The notes: a model not told the origin generated them from the sequence alone. A stretch of DNA of 32,000 nt from Neisseria flavescens (GCF_001618075.1 NZ_LAEJ01000024.1); one strand, 5' to 3'; positions 15,358-24,973 are shown, numbered from the stretch's first letter. Numbers and translations are program-made.

Positions 15358-15367
15358 ATTCAAAATA

Positions 15368-15385
15368 TGGCACGCCCACGGGGAT
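15368..15385 (-). repeat. Proximal direct repeat (att-like) inside the tRNA-Glu 3' end
   Basis: 17/18 match to 6395-6412. Confidence 0.7.
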
Positions 15386-15443
15386 TCGAACCCCGGTTGC
15401 CGCCGTGAAAGGGCAGTGTCCTAGGCCTCTAGACGATGGGCGC
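15368..15443 (-). tRNA. tRNA-Glu (anticodon UUC)
   Basis: The minus strand reads GCGCCCATCGTCTAGAGGCCTAGGACACTGCCCTTTCACGGCGGCAACCGGGGTTCGAATCCCCGTGGGCGTGCCA, 76 nt. It folds as a cloverleaf with anticodon loop CTTTCAC, T-loop TTCGAAT and an encoded CCA, and aligns closely with E. coli tRNA-Glu. The first acceptor pair is a G1-U72 wobble. Confidence 0.93.
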
Positions 15444-15458
15444 GTAACCGAAGCGCGA

Positions 15459-15487
15459 ACTATACAGAAAGCCTTTTCTTCTGTCAA
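15459..15487 (-). promoter_or_regulatory. Sigma-70 promoter of tRNA-Glu
   Basis: The minus strand reads TTGACA, a 17-nt spacer, then TATAGT, followed by a GC-rich discriminator (TCGCGC). It ends about 15 nt upstream of the tRNA 5' end. Confidence 0.55.
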
Positions 15488-15576
15488 CGCCTTTACTGCA
15501 TTTTTAAAGATGCTGCCGATTTCCGTATGTTATTTTCCCTGTATAATGCCGGTTTTAATAAAAAGGAAAACTCGCC

Positions 15577-16476
15577 ATGTGGTTTAAGCAAATCAGTTTT
15601 TATCCGCTCAACAAAGACAAGTTGCCCGAATTGGAAGTCCTTGCCGATAAATTGGCGCAATCCGAATTTGCCCATTGTCAGGGTTTGGACTGGTTTAGCG
15701 AAGGCTTTGCCACGCCGGTTTCCTTTTCGCCCGAGCTGGTTTTCCCTGCCGATTACACTTGGCGCGTTGCCCTGAAAAAAGAAGAAAAAGTCCTGCCTGC
15801 CGGCGTGATCCGCGATATTTTGGATGAAAAGGTTTTGGAAATCCAAAACAATGAAGCGCGCAATGTCGGCCATAAAGAAAAACAAGAGCTGAAAGAACAG
15901 ATTACTGACGACCTGCTGCCCCGTGCCTTTACGCGCAGCAGCCGCACACAGGCGATTTTCGACACGCGCCACGGGTATCTTTTGATCAACAATGCCGCCT
16001 CTGCCAAAGCGGAAAACATCCTGACCAAACTGCGCGAAGCCTTAGGCGGTTTGGAAGCAGCCCTGCCCAACACCAAACAATCGCCCTCTTCCCTGATGAC
16101 CAGCTGGCTGCTGCAAGGCCATTGCGAAGGTGGTTTTGAATTGGACAGCGATTGCGAACTCAAAGGCGTAGGCGATGTTGTTCCGGTCGTCAAAGTTTCC
16201 AAACAAGACTTGACCGCCGATGAAGTGGTACAACACGTCAAAAATGGCAAAACCGTTACCCAACTTGGCTTGGTATGGCGCGAACAAATCGCGTTCATCC
16301 TCACCCAAGACTTTACGCTCAAACGCATCCAGTATCTGGACGTGTTGCAAGAAGAAGCCGAAAGCAACGGCGACGATGCTGCCAGCCTCGCCTTTGCCTC
16401 GCAAATCCTGATGACTGAAGCCATCAGCACCATGTTAGAAGAACTGGTTTCTTATTTGGGCGGCTGGCAAGAGTAA
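15577..16476 (+). CDS. rdgC: Recombination-associated protein RdgC
   Basis: 299 aa. The N-terminus MWFKQISFYPL... and the overall length are typical of RdgC. Two long antisense ORFs are artefacts. Confidence 0.9.
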   Translation: MWFKQISFYPLNKDKLPELEVLADKLAQSEFAHCQGLDWFSEGFATPVSFSPELVFPADYTWRVALKKEEKVLPAGVIRDILDEKVLEIQNNEARNVGHKEKQELKEQITDDLLPRAFTRSSRTQAIFDTRHGYLLINNAASAKAENILTKLREALGGLEAALPNTKQSPSSLMTSWLLQGHCEGGFELDSDCELKGVGDVVPVVKVSKQDLTADEVVQHVKNGKTVTQLGLVWREQIAFILTQDFTLKRIQYLDVLQEEAESNGDDAASLAFASQILMTEAISTMLEELVSYLGGWQE

Positions 16477-16550
16477 TTTTTCAGATGGCCTTTCGATTGG
16501 GAATATCAAAGGCCGTCTGAAATATAAATAGAAGTATCAGAAAGGATGTC

Positions 16551-17336
16551 ATGATGTTGGGCGCAGTCATCGGCGATATTGCCGGATCACGATTCGAGTT
16601 TGACAACTACCGTCATACCGATTTTGACATTTTCAGCCCCGACAGCGACTTTACAGATGACACGATTTGCACTGCTGCCATTGCCGATTGGGTTTTACAA
16701 GGCTGCAACGATAATTTAGCCTCTATTTTACAAGGCTGGTGTAGGGCATATCCCTGTCCAAAAGGCGCATATGGCGGCCGCTTCTCACAATGGATAGAAT
16801 GGAAAGATCCAGAACCTTATAATAGCTGGGGCAACGGCTCGGCCATGCGTGTTTCTGCCGTTGGCTGGGCATTTGCAACATTGGAAGAAACCCTGCATTT
16901 TTCCGAACAATCCGCCATCGTAACGCATAACCACCCGGAAGGCATTAAAGGCGCACAAGCTGTAGCTGCTGCCATATTTTGGGCGCGTACCGGTATAGGC
17001 AAAGCGCAAATCAAAGAAAACATTACACGGCAATTCGGCTACGACTTGAGCCAAAGTTGCGACCAAATCCGCCCGCATTATCATTTCAACGAAAGCTGCC
17101 AGGAAACCGTACCTCAAGCGATTACTGCCTTTCTTGAAAGCGATGATTTTGAACACGCCATCCGACTGGCGGTTTCCCTGGGCGGAGACAGCGATACCTT
17201 GGCAGCCATTACCGGCAGTATTGCCGAAGCCTACCATGGTATCCCTGCATCCATGCGCGAACACGCTTTAGCCATATTGTCACGCCGTATTGCTGAAACC
17301 TTGCTGACTTTTGAATCCCAATATCAGGCCGTCTGA
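16551..17336 (+). CDS. ADP-ribosylglycohydrolase family protein
   Basis: 261 aa with GAVIGDIAGSRFEF, GNGSAMRVSAVG and SLGGDSDTLAAITGSIAEAYHG, the metal-binding Asp/Thr motifs of the ARH/DraG fold. Confidence 0.85.
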   Translation: MMLGAVIGDIAGSRFEFDNYRHTDFDIFSPDSDFTDDTICTAAIADWVLQGCNDNLASILQGWCRAYPCPKGAYGGRFSQWIEWKDPEPYNSWGNGSAMRVSAVGWAFATLEETLHFSEQSAIVTHNHPEGIKGAQAVAAAIFWARTGIGKAQIKENITRQFGYDLSQSCDQIRPHYHFNESCQETVPQAITAFLESDDFEHAIRLAVSLGGDSDTLAAITGSIAEAYHGIPASMREHALAILSRRIAETLLTFESQYQAV

Positions 17337-17360
17337 AACTGCCTGCAAAAAGGAACAATA

Positions 17361-17792
17361 ATGATGAAATACCTCGCCCTACTTCCCGTCGCCTTCATGC
17401 TGGGTACGCCTGCCATTGCCGAAACCATCAATCCTTATCAGGAAAAAGGTTGCGTTTACGATGGCGATGTCGGCAAAGACGGCAAACCATCCGGCAAAGG
17501 CACATGGAAATGCCAAGACGGCCGCAGCTATGTCGGAGCCTTTAAAGACGGCAAATTTGACGGCAAAGGCGTATATACCGTTTCCAGCAACAGCGAAACC
17601 TTTATCGAACCTTTCTCCTCCAACAGCGCCAAATTACGCAATATGACGCTGGAGGGCGTGTTCAAAAAAGGCAGGGCGCACGGAAACTTTACCGCCTCCC
17701 AAAACGGCACACCCGTCTTCATCATGAAATGCGAAGACGGTATGATTAAAGAAGTCAAACTGGCTAAGAAATCTGCGTCCAAAACCAAATAA
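17361..17792 (+). CDS. Secreted MORN-repeat-like protein
   Basis: 143 aa. Signal peptide [20 protein letters not shown]|E. Repeated G-K-G-x-W/Y...DG..Y.G.FKDGK..G.G units. Confidence 0.6.
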   Translation: MMKYLALLPVAFMLGTPAIAETINPYQEKGCVYDGDVGKDGKPSGKGTWKCQDGRSYVGAFKDGKFDGKGVYTVSSNSETFIEPFSSNSAKLRNMTLEGVFKKGRAHGNFTASQNGTPVFIMKCEDGMIKEVKLAKKSASKTK

Positions 17793-17917
17793 ACAGCCTT
17801 TCAGACGACCTTATCCGGCTTTTAGGCCGTCTGAAACATCAATTGACAAGCCTGTCTAAAGGCTGTTGTGTTGATTTCAAAAAATTTCCAAACAACCCTT
17901 ACCCCAGGACAACCACC

Positions 17918-18484
17918 ATGAGCATTAAATCCGACAAATGGATACGCCGCATGGCCGAAGAACACGGCATGATTGAGCCGTTCGAGCCCAACCAAATCAA
18001 AGAGGCCAACGGCCAACGCATCATTTCCTACGGCACATCCAGCTACGGCTACGATATCCGTTGTGCTAATGAATTTAAAATCTTCACCAACATCAACAGC
18101 ACCATCGTCGACCCGAAAAACTTCGATCCGAAAAACTTCGTTACAGTCGAAGACGACTGCTGTATCATTCCACCCAACTCCTTTGCACTGGCGCGCACAG
18201 TCGAATATTTCCGCATCCCGCGCAACGTCCTGACTGTCTGCTTAGGTAAATCCACTTACGCACGCTGCGGCATCATCGTCAACGTTACCCCGTTTGAGCC
18301 AGAGTGGGAAGGCTACGTTACGCTTGAGTTTTCCAACACCACCCCCCTGCCTGCCAAAATCTATGCCGGCGAAGGCGTGGCTCAAGTCTTGTTCTTTGAA
18401 AGCGATGAAGTCTGCGAAACTTCATACAAAGACCGCAACGGCAAATACATGGGACAAACCGGTGTTACCCTGCCTAAGACTTAA
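17918..18484 (+). CDS. dcd: dCTP deaminase
   Basis: I place the start at the internal ATG 17918 ([23 protein letters not shown]...), giving 188 aa, the usual Dcd size. Conserved SSYGYDIR and [16 protein letters not shown]. The listed upstream extension has no homology-like sequence. Confidence 0.9.
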   Translation: MSIKSDKWIRRMAEEHGMIEPFEPNQIKEANGQRIISYGTSSYGYDIRCANEFKIFTNINSTIVDPKNFDPKNFVTVEDDCCIIPPNSFALARTVEYFRIPRNVLTVCLGKSTYARCGIIVNVTPFEPEWEGYVTLEFSNTTPLPAKIYAGEGVAQVLFFESDEVCETSYKDRNGKYMGQTGVTLPKT

Positions 18485-18499
18485 TACACAAAATAAAAA

Positions 18500-18525
18500 A
18501 GGCCGTCTGAAATTTCAGACGGCCT
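18500..18525. terminator. DUS inverted pair between convergent dcd and ppsR
   Basis: AGGCCGTCTGAA (18500-18511) and TTCAGACGGCCT (18514-18525), flanked by A-run and T-run. Confidence 0.6.
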
Positions 18526-18538
18526 TTTATCATTTCAT

Positions 18539-19360
18539 TTAGAAACGGCGTTTCAACTTGCAAGCCTGCAAGATATGAACGGCAAGTTCTTCCACAGATT
18601 TATCCGTTGTATTGGTAAACGGCACTCCGTGGCGTTTGAACATATTTTGCGCATCAGCAATCTCGCTGCGGCAAGTATCGATTTTGGCATAGGTCGAATT
18701 AGGACGGCGTTCCTGACGGATAGCCTGCAGACGCTCAGGCTGAATGGTCAAACCGAACAGCTTGTCTTTATAAGGTTTGACCATACGCGGCAAATCGGTC
18801 GATTCCAAATCATCGGGAATCAATGGATAGTTTGCGGCGCGGATACCGTATTGCAGGGCCAGATAGAGACAGGTCGGCGTTTTACCCGAACGGGACACGC
18901 CCATCAAAATCACATCCGCTTCCTGCAGGTTTTTATCGCTGACGCCGTCATCATGATTCAGTGAAAAATTGACCGCCTCCATACGCGCATCATAGCGTTG
19001 AGTATTGCCGATACTGTGGTGCCCCTGCCGGGCAGCAACTGCCTCCGTATTGAGTTCCTTTTCCAAAAGACCGAGAAAGGTTTCAAAGAAATTAATATGG
19101 AACGCATTGGCTTTCTTGATGATTTCACGGATTTCGTCATTGACCACACTGACAAAAGCAATCGGGCGCACACCGAATTTTTCAGCTGACTGGTTGACTT
19201 TGTCTACAACAGCACGCGCTTTTTCAGGCGTATCGATAAACGGATAGGTATGGCGTTTGAACTCAACATTGCCAAATTGGTTCAGCAAGGCTTCACCGAT
19301 ATTTTCAGCGGTCAGGCCGGTTCGGTCGGAAATATAGAAGACTTGGCGTGGATCAGTCAT
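18539..19360 (-). CDS. ppsR: Phosphoenolpyruvate synthase regulatory protein (bifunctional kinase/pyrophosphorylase, DUF299)
   Basis: Start placed at ATG 19360 after GAGGA (MTDPRQVFYISDRTGLTAENIG...), 273 aa. P-loop GVSRSGKT. It lies divergent from ppsA as in other bacteria. Confidence 0.88.
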   Translation of the reverse strand: MTDPRQVFYISDRTGLTAENIGEALLNQFGNVEFKRHTYPFIDTPEKARAVVDKVNQSAEKFGVRPIAFVSVVNDEIREIIKKANAFHINFFETFLGLLEKELNTEAVAARQGHHSIGNTQRYDARMEAVNFSLNHDDGVSDKNLQEADVILMGVSRSGKTPTCLYLALQYGIRAANYPLIPDDLESTDLPRMVKPYKDKLFGLTIQPERLQAIRQERRPNSTYAKIDTCRSEIADAQNMFKRHGVPFTNTTDKSVEELAVHILQACKLKRRF

Positions 19361-19777
19361 AATGAATCCTCTTGAGGGTAACGTTTCAGACGGCAATCAT
19401 AGCAGTTACAGCCTTTGCAATAAAGCGATTCCCGACAGATTACACAGGATTACAACAAATTTGAACAATTTTTAAATTGGCATAAAATTTTATTTTTTTC
19501 CATTTTGTAGAATTTTATTCTAAAATTGCAAAATAAATCTTGTTTATTAAATTTATTAACTTATTTTGTTTTCCATATTTAACAAGAAGATAACACGTAA
19601 AAACATGAATCTTATATTCACATTTCAGAAGGCTACACGCCTGAAAAGCACAATATCACAGACGAATTTGTGATTTTTAAAAAGATAAAACACATGACAG
19701 CCATCAAACGAATGGCTACAATAAGCAGGCGGATTTGTTTCTTTTTTAACATTTTTTGGATTGGATTGGACACACAA

Positions 19778-22162
19778 ATGGCCGAAAACTACGTTATTTG
19801 GTTTGAAAACCTGCGTATGACTGACGTTGAGCGAGTGGGCGGTAAAAATGCCTCTTTGGGCGAAATGATCAGCCAACTGACTGAAAAAGGCGTGCGCGTT
19901 CCCGGCGGTTTTGCAACCACAGCCGAAGCTTATCGTGCTTTCCTGGCTCACAATGGTCTGAGCGAGCGTATTTCCGAAGCCCTGAAACAACTGGATGTTG
20001 AAGACGTTGCCGAGTTGGCGCGTGTGGGTAAAGAAATCCGTCAATGGATTTTGGATACTCCGTTCCCTGAGCAGCTGGATGCTGAAATCGAAACAGCTTG
20101 GAACAAAATGGTTGCCGATGCCGGCGGTGCGGACATTTCCGTTGCCGTACGTTCTTCCGCAACAGCAGAAGACTTGCCGGACGCTTCTTTCGCCGGCCAA
20201 CAAGAAACCTTCCTGAACATCAACGGTTTGGAAAACGTTAAAGAAGCAATGCACCATGTATTCGCTTCCCTGTACAACGACCGTGCCATTTCTTACCGTG
20301 TCCACAAAGGCTTCGAACACGACATCGTTGCCCTTTCCGCAGGCGTACAACGCATGGTGCGCTCTGACAGCGGCGCCTCCGGTGTGATGTTCACCATCGA
20401 TACCGAATCCGGTTACGACCAAGTCGTTTTCGTTACCTCTTCTTACGGCCTGGGCGAAAACGTCGTACAAGGCGCGGTCAACCCTGACGAATTCTATGTA
20501 TTCAAACCTACTTTGAAAGCAGGCAAACCGGCTATCCTGCGCAAAACCATGGGTTCGAAACAAATCAAAATGATCTTTACCGACAAAGCCGAAGCCGGTA
20601 AATCTGTAACCAACGTTGATGTACCTGTAGAAGACCGTCAACGCTTCTCCATTACCGATGCCGAAGTAACCGAGTTGGCTCATTACGCGCTGACCATCGA
20701 AAAACACTACGGCCGCCCAATGGACATCGAATGGGGCCGCGACGGCTTGGATGGCAAACTCTACATCCTGCAAGCACGCCCTGAAACCGTGAAATCTCAA
20801 GAAGACGGCAGCCGCAACCTGCGCCGCTTCTCTATCAACGGCGAAAAAGTTGTCTTGTGCGAAGGCCGTGCTATTGGTCAAAAAGTTGGCCAAGGTAAAG
20901 TCCGCTTGGTGAAAGATGCTTCCGAGATGGATTCCGTTGAAGCAGGCGATGTACTCGTTACCGACATGACCGACCCGGATTGGGAACCGGTAATGAAACG
21001 TGCTTCCGCCATCGTGACCAACCGCGGCGGCCGTACCTGCCACGCAGCGATTATCGCGCGCGAATTGGGTATTCCGGCCGTAGTCGGCTGCGGCGACGCA
21101 ACCGATCTGCTTTCAGACGGCCAAGAAGTTACCGTATCTTGTGCCGAAGGCGATACCGGCTTCATCTACTCCGGCCTGCTGGACGTACAAATTACCGATG
21201 TTGCTTTGGACAACATGCCTAAAGCCCCTGTCAAAGTGATGATGAACGTGGGTAACCCTGAATTGGCATTCAGCTTCGCCAACCTGCCTAGCGAAGGCAT
21301 CGGCTTGGCACGTATGGAATTCATCATCAACCGTCAAATCGGTATCCACCCTAAAGCCTTGTTGGAATTTGACAAACAAGACGACGAATTGAAAGCGGAA
21401 ATTACCCGCCGCATCGCTGGCTACACTTCTCCTGTCGACTTCTATGTCGATAAAATCGCAGAAGGCGTGGCAACTTTGGCTGCTTCGGTTTATCCACGCA
21501 AAACCATCGTCCGTATGTCTGACTTCAAATCCAACGAGTACGCTAACTTGGTGGGTGGCAGCATCTATGAACCGCACGAAGAAAACCCAATGTTGGGCTT
21601 CCGTGGTGCAGCGCGTTATGTAGCCGATAACTTCAAAGACTGCTTCGCACTCGAGTGCAAAGCCTTGAAACGCGTTCGCGATGAAATGGGTTTGACCAAC
21701 GTCGAAATCATGATTCCATTCGTTCGTACTTTGGGTGAAGCAGAAGCTGTTGTTAAAGCCCTGAAAGAAAACGGTTTGGAACGCGGCAAAAACGGCCTGC
21801 GCCTGATCATGATGTGTGAGTTGCCAAGCAACGCTGTATTGGCAGAACAATTCCTGCAATACTTCGACGGCTTCTCCATCGGCTCTAACGACATGACCCA
21901 GCTGACCCTCGGTCTCGACCGTGACAGCGGCTTGGTGTCCGAATCGTTTGACGAACGCAACCCTGCCGTTAAAGTGATGTTGCACTTGGCAATCTCTGCC
22001 TGCCGCAAACAAAACAAATACGTCGGTATTTGCGGTCAGGGCCCGTCAGACCATCCGGACTTTGCCAAATGGCTGGTTCAAGAAGGTATCGAAAGCGTAT
22101 CACTCAACCCTGATACGGTTATTGAAACCTGGCTGTATCTGGCTAACGAATTGAACAAATAA
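19778..22162 (+). CDS. ppsA: Phosphoenolpyruvate synthase
   Basis: Start placed at ATG 19778 ([12 protein letters not shown]...[11 protein letters not shown]), 794 aa. Phosphohistidine swivel motif [21 protein letters not shown] and the PEP-utilising C-terminal domain ([11 protein letters not shown]). Confidence 0.95.
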   Translation: MAENYVIWFENLRMTDVERVGGKNASLGEMISQLTEKGVRVPGGFATTAEAYRAFLAHNGLSERISEALKQLDVEDVAELARVGKEIRQWILDTPFPEQLDAEIETAWNKMVADAGGADISVAVRSSATAEDLPDASFAGQQETFLNINGLENVKEAMHHVFASLYNDRAISYRVHKGFEHDIVALSAGVQRMVRSDSGASGVMFTIDTESGYDQVVFVTSSYGLGENVVQGAVNPDEFYVFKPTLKAGKPAILRKTMGSKQIKMIFTDKAEAGKSVTNVDVPVEDRQRFSITDAEVTELAHYALTIEKHYGRPMDIEWGRDGLDGKLYILQARPETVKSQEDGSRNLRRFSINGEKVVLCEGRAIGQKVGQGKVRLVKDASEMDSVEAGDVLVTDMTDPDWEPVMKRASAIVTNRGGRTCHAAIIARELGIPAVVGCGDATDLLSDGQEVTVSCAEGDTGFIYSGLLDVQITDVALDNMPKAPVKVMMNVGNPELAFSFANLPSEGIGLARMEFIINRQIGIHPKALLEFDKQDDELKAEITRRIAGYTSPVDFYVDKIAEGVATLAASVYPRKTIVRMSDFKSNEYANLVGGSIYEPHEENPMLGFRGAARYVADNFKDCFALECKALKRVRDEMGLTNVEIMIPFVRTLGEAEAVVKALKENGLERGKNGLRLIMMCELPSNAVLAEQFLQYFDGFSIGSNDMTQLTLGLDRDSGLVSESFDERNPAVKVMLHLAISACRKQNKYVGICGQGPSDHPDFAKWLVQEGIESVSLNPDTVIETWLYLANELNK

Positions 22163-22180
22163 GTTCGATAAGACAAAAGT

Positions 22181-22212
22181 CCCCTGCCCGTTTATCTCGG
22201 CAGGGGATTTTT
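22181..22212 (+). terminator. Rho-independent terminator of ppsA
   Basis: Stem CCCCTGCC (22181-22188) / GGCAGGGG (22199-22206), followed by ATTTTTATT. Confidence 0.7.
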
Positions 22213-22432
22213 ATTGCCTTATTCAATGCCGTCTGAAAGAACTTTCACGTTCTTTTACCTTTTCAAAAAAGTCCCTTTGCATCAAAAAGATATAAAAAGA
22301 TTCTGCCATACCCACAAATTCTCAATGGTACTATATTGCCTTTCCGCATTTTATCCCATGCCTTTTGAGTGAACCTTTTTTCACTCTTCTTATCTATCAT
22401 ACACAGCATAACGATACATTTAGAAACAACCC

Positions 22433-23137
22433 ATGAATACAAATTTTATTTCCACCTTTCAGACGGCCTTAAAACGTCTGGCCCTCATCAGCATCATTGC
22501 CGTCTTAGCAGCCTGCGCCGGCAACAACACTTCTTCCAACCGCTCCGTACCCGACGGCTACTACAAAGTCCGCCCCGGCGATACCCTGATCCAAATCGCC
22601 AAACGCTACGGACAAAACGTCAATACACTGGTTGCATGGAACAATCTTCCCAACGCCTCACAAATCGAAGTCGGCCAAGTATTGCGCGTCCGCCATCATG
22701 TTGCCTCCCGCAATACTGCTACGCAGCAACGCCAAGCAACCGCCGTTACCCCGATCAACCGGTTAAGCTTGCAATGGCCGACCGATAACGCCTCATCCTC
22801 CATTATCCAACGCTACAACGGTACAACCAGCAAAGGCATAGATATTGCAGGCACACAAGGCCAACAAATCCGCTCTGCCGCAGCCGGTACTGTCATCTAC
22901 GTTGGCGAAGAAGTCCGCGGCTACGGCAAGCTGATTTTAATCAGCCACAACGACTACACCATTACTGCCTATGCCCACAACGACACGCTTTTGGTACAAA
23001 AAGATCAAAAAGTCCAAGCAGGTCAAGTTATCGCCACCATGGGCAGCAGCGATACAGACAGCGTCAAGCTTCATTTTGAAGTTCGTCTAAACGGCAAAGC
23101 AGTCGATCCTCTGCCTTATTTGACCAGAACGAATTAA
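22433..23137 (+). CDS. LysM domain-containing M23 family metallopeptidase lipoprotein (NlpD-like)
   Basis: 234 aa. Lipobox VLAAC|A. LysM (YKVRPGDTLIQIAKRYGQNVNTLVAWNNL). M23 motifs (KGIDIAG, GYGKLILISHN, HFEVRLNGKAVDP). Confidence 0.85.
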   Translation: MNTNFISTFQTALKRLALISIIAVLAACAGNNTSSNRSVPDGYYKVRPGDTLIQIAKRYGQNVNTLVAWNNLPNASQIEVGQVLRVRHHVASRNTATQQRQATAVTPINRLSLQWPTDNASSSIIQRYNGTTSKGIDIAGTQGQQIRSAAAGTVIYVGEEVRGYGKLILISHNDYTITAYAHNDTLLVQKDQKVQAGQVIATMGSSDTDSVKLHFEVRLNGKAVDPLPYLTRTN

Positions 23138-23150
23138 TGCTCCAATCAAA

Positions 23151-23184
23151 AGGCCGTCTGAAATAGCAGTATTTCAGACGGCCT
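23151..23184 (+). terminator. DUS inverted-repeat hairpin
   Basis: AGGCCGTCTGAA (23151-23162) and TTCAGACGGCCT (23173-23184). Confidence 0.6.
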
Positions 23185-23310
23185 TTTGATTTGTCTTATC
23201 ATACACACCCATTTCAACAAAGCATTTACCTACTGAACTTATGTTGATTGAGTGAAAACGCCGTTATACAATGGCGACTCTTTTTAACATTCTATTTTAG
23301 GTGCTCTACT

Positions 23311-23793
23311 ATGTCTCCTAACCGCATCCTTGCAACCGCATTCTTGTTTGCTTCTGCATTTGCCAGCGCAGATGTCCATATTGATGAAAGCATCCCTTAC
23401 CGTCATGCAGAAGAAATCGATACCCGTATCGTTTCCGAGTGTTTACAAATTGGCAACGTCATGTCCAAATCTTTGCAAGAAACTGCAGCTAAAAGTGATG
23501 TAACTATTGTCCGTGACGGTAAAAAACAAGGCACATACGCAGATATCTCCATTACTTCCGCCATGAGCGCAGGCGTAGCCTTTGTCGGCCACGCCAAAAG
23601 TATTACAGCCGTTGCCACTTTGTATGTTGATGGCGAAGAAGTCAATAAAAAAACCTTCACCCGCAATTCTTCCGGTGGCATGCTCGGTGTTTATAAAAGC
23701 TCTTGTGCAGTCTTAAATCGCACTTCTAAAGTCTTGGGTTCAGATATTGCCCAATGGATTGTTAGCGAACAAAAAAACGCTCAAGACAAATAA
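23311..23793 (+). CDS. Hypothetical secreted protein
   Basis: Start placed at ATG 23311 (MSPNRILATAFLFASAFASA|DV, a signal peptide), 160 aa. No recognisable motif. The listed start at 23248 is TTG with an implausible leader. Confidence 0.6.
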   Translation: MSPNRILATAFLFASAFASADVHIDESIPYRHAEEIDTRIVSECLQIGNVMSKSLQETAAKSDVTIVRDGKKQGTYADISITSAMSAGVAFVGHAKSITAVATLYVDGEEVNKKTFTRNSSGGMLGVYKSSCAVLNRTSKVLGSDIAQWIVSEQKNAQDK

Positions 23794-23809
23794 AACCCCA
23801 ATTTGATAA

Positions 23810-23842
23810 AGGCCGTCTGAAAAACCGTATTTCAGACGGCCT
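23810..23842 (+). terminator. DUS inverted-repeat hairpin
   Basis: AGGCCGTCTGAA (23810-23821) and TTCAGACGGCCT (23831-23842). Confidence 0.6.
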
Positions 23843-23998
23843 TTATATTTTCTATTACTCTAGAAATAAAGAAATAAATTATCCATTAATCATTGTCAGA
23901 AATAGAGAATTTTATTTTCAACGCCCTTGATTTTAGAATATCTACCCTCAATTATTAAAAATATAAGAATTTTGTATATGAGCAGTCAAAGGAATAAC

Positions 23999-24958
23999 AT
24001 GGCAGAAAAAAACTATTATGAAATACTAGGCGTTGCCAAAGATGCGGATGAGGCCGAAATCAAAAAAGCCTACCGAAAACTGGTGCGCAAATACCACCCC
24101 GATGTGAGCAAAGAACCTGACGCAGCCGAACGCACGGTAGAAATCAACCGTGCCTACGAAACGCTTTCCGACAAAGAAAAGCGGGCCGAATACGATGAAA
24201 TGTTGGCTAATCCTTACGGACGCAGCGCCGGAGGCAATCCGTTCGGTCAAGGTGGCAATCCGTTTGGCAATGGATTTAACGGTGGCGGCTTCCACTATGA
24301 ACGTCATGAAGGCGAACCGTTCGGAGCGGGAGACTTCAATTTTGAAGATCTGTTTTCATCATTCCGCCAATCCCACACTCGTTCCGAGCAACCCCGCGGC
24401 CCAATAAAAGGCGAGGATCAACATGCTGAATTGAGTATTGATATTTACGCAGCGTATGTTGGCGCAGAACGTAGCATGACTTTGAATGTACCGACTCTAG
24501 ACGAATACGGACGTGCGGTTTATCAAAATAAAACCCTCAACGTCAAAATCCCCAAAGGCATTGCAGAAGGCCAACAAATCCGTTTGGCCGGTCAAGGTTT
24601 GCCGGGATATAACGGTGGAGAAAACGGTGACTTGTACTTAAAAATCAAGTTCCACGACCAACCTGATTTATACGTCAAAAACAGGAAAGACGTATATCAA
24701 ACAATAGATGTCAAACCTTGGGAAGCCGTATTGGGCGGCAAAATCATCGTCCCTACCGCTTCAGGCCGCTTACAGGTCAATCTGCCTGCCAACAGCCAAA
24801 GCGGTAAAAGCATCCGCCTCAAAGGCAAAGGTATTCCTGCAAAAGAAGCCGGAGACCTTTATCTCAATATCCGCATTAATGTTCCGCCAGTAGAGAGCGA
24901 AGCCGACCGTGCCGCATGGGAAAAATTGGCCGAACACTTTGCCGCGAAACAAGCATAA
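23999..24958 (+). CDS. cbpA: DnaJ-domain co-chaperone / curved-DNA-binding protein CbpA
   Basis: Start placed at ATG 23999 (MAEKNYYEILGV...), 319 aa. J domain with YHPD, a Gly/Phe-rich linker and DnaJ C-terminal domains, but no Cys-rich zinc centre. Followed by cbpM. Confidence 0.85.
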   Translation: MAEKNYYEILGVAKDADEAEIKKAYRKLVRKYHPDVSKEPDAAERTVEINRAYETLSDKEKRAEYDEMLANPYGRSAGGNPFGQGGNPFGNGFNGGGFHYERHEGEPFGAGDFNFEDLFSSFRQSHTRSEQPRGPIKGEDQHAELSIDIYAAYVGAERSMTLNVPTLDEYGRAVYQNKTLNVKIPKGIAEGQQIRLAGQGLPGYNGGENGDLYLKIKFHDQPDLYVKNRKDVYQTIDVKPWEAVLGGKIIVPTASGRLQVNLPANSQSGKSIRLKGKGIPAKEAGDLYLNIRINVPPVESEADRAAWEKLAEHFAAKQA

Positions 24959-24973
24959 GAGAAAGGATAAATT

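Noticed and set aside
14867-15367. A search for an integrase or recombinase remnant next to the tRNA.
   Set aside because: Trial translations in several frames gave only short stop-riddled peptides with no R..H..R..Y-type recombinase motifs, so I make no claim.
15297-15587. 96-aa plus-strand ORF spanning the tRNA-Glu locus.
   Set aside because: It reads straight through the tRNA, its promoter and its terminator hairpin. A structured RNA gene explains the region.
19625-22012. Long minus-strand ORFs of 472 aa (19625-21043) and 299 aa (21113-22012) antisense to ppsA.
   Set aside because: They fully overlap an unmistakable ppsA frame. Their translations are low-complexity (G/V/F/A/H-rich) and have no start context. 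This is the usual antisense open frame of a codon-biased gene.
22369-22788. 139-aa plus-strand ORF overlapping the start of the LysM-M23 gene in another frame.
   Set aside because: Its translation is Pro/Arg/Ser/Gln-rich and low-complexity. The overlapping frame has a lipobox plus LysM and M23 motifs.
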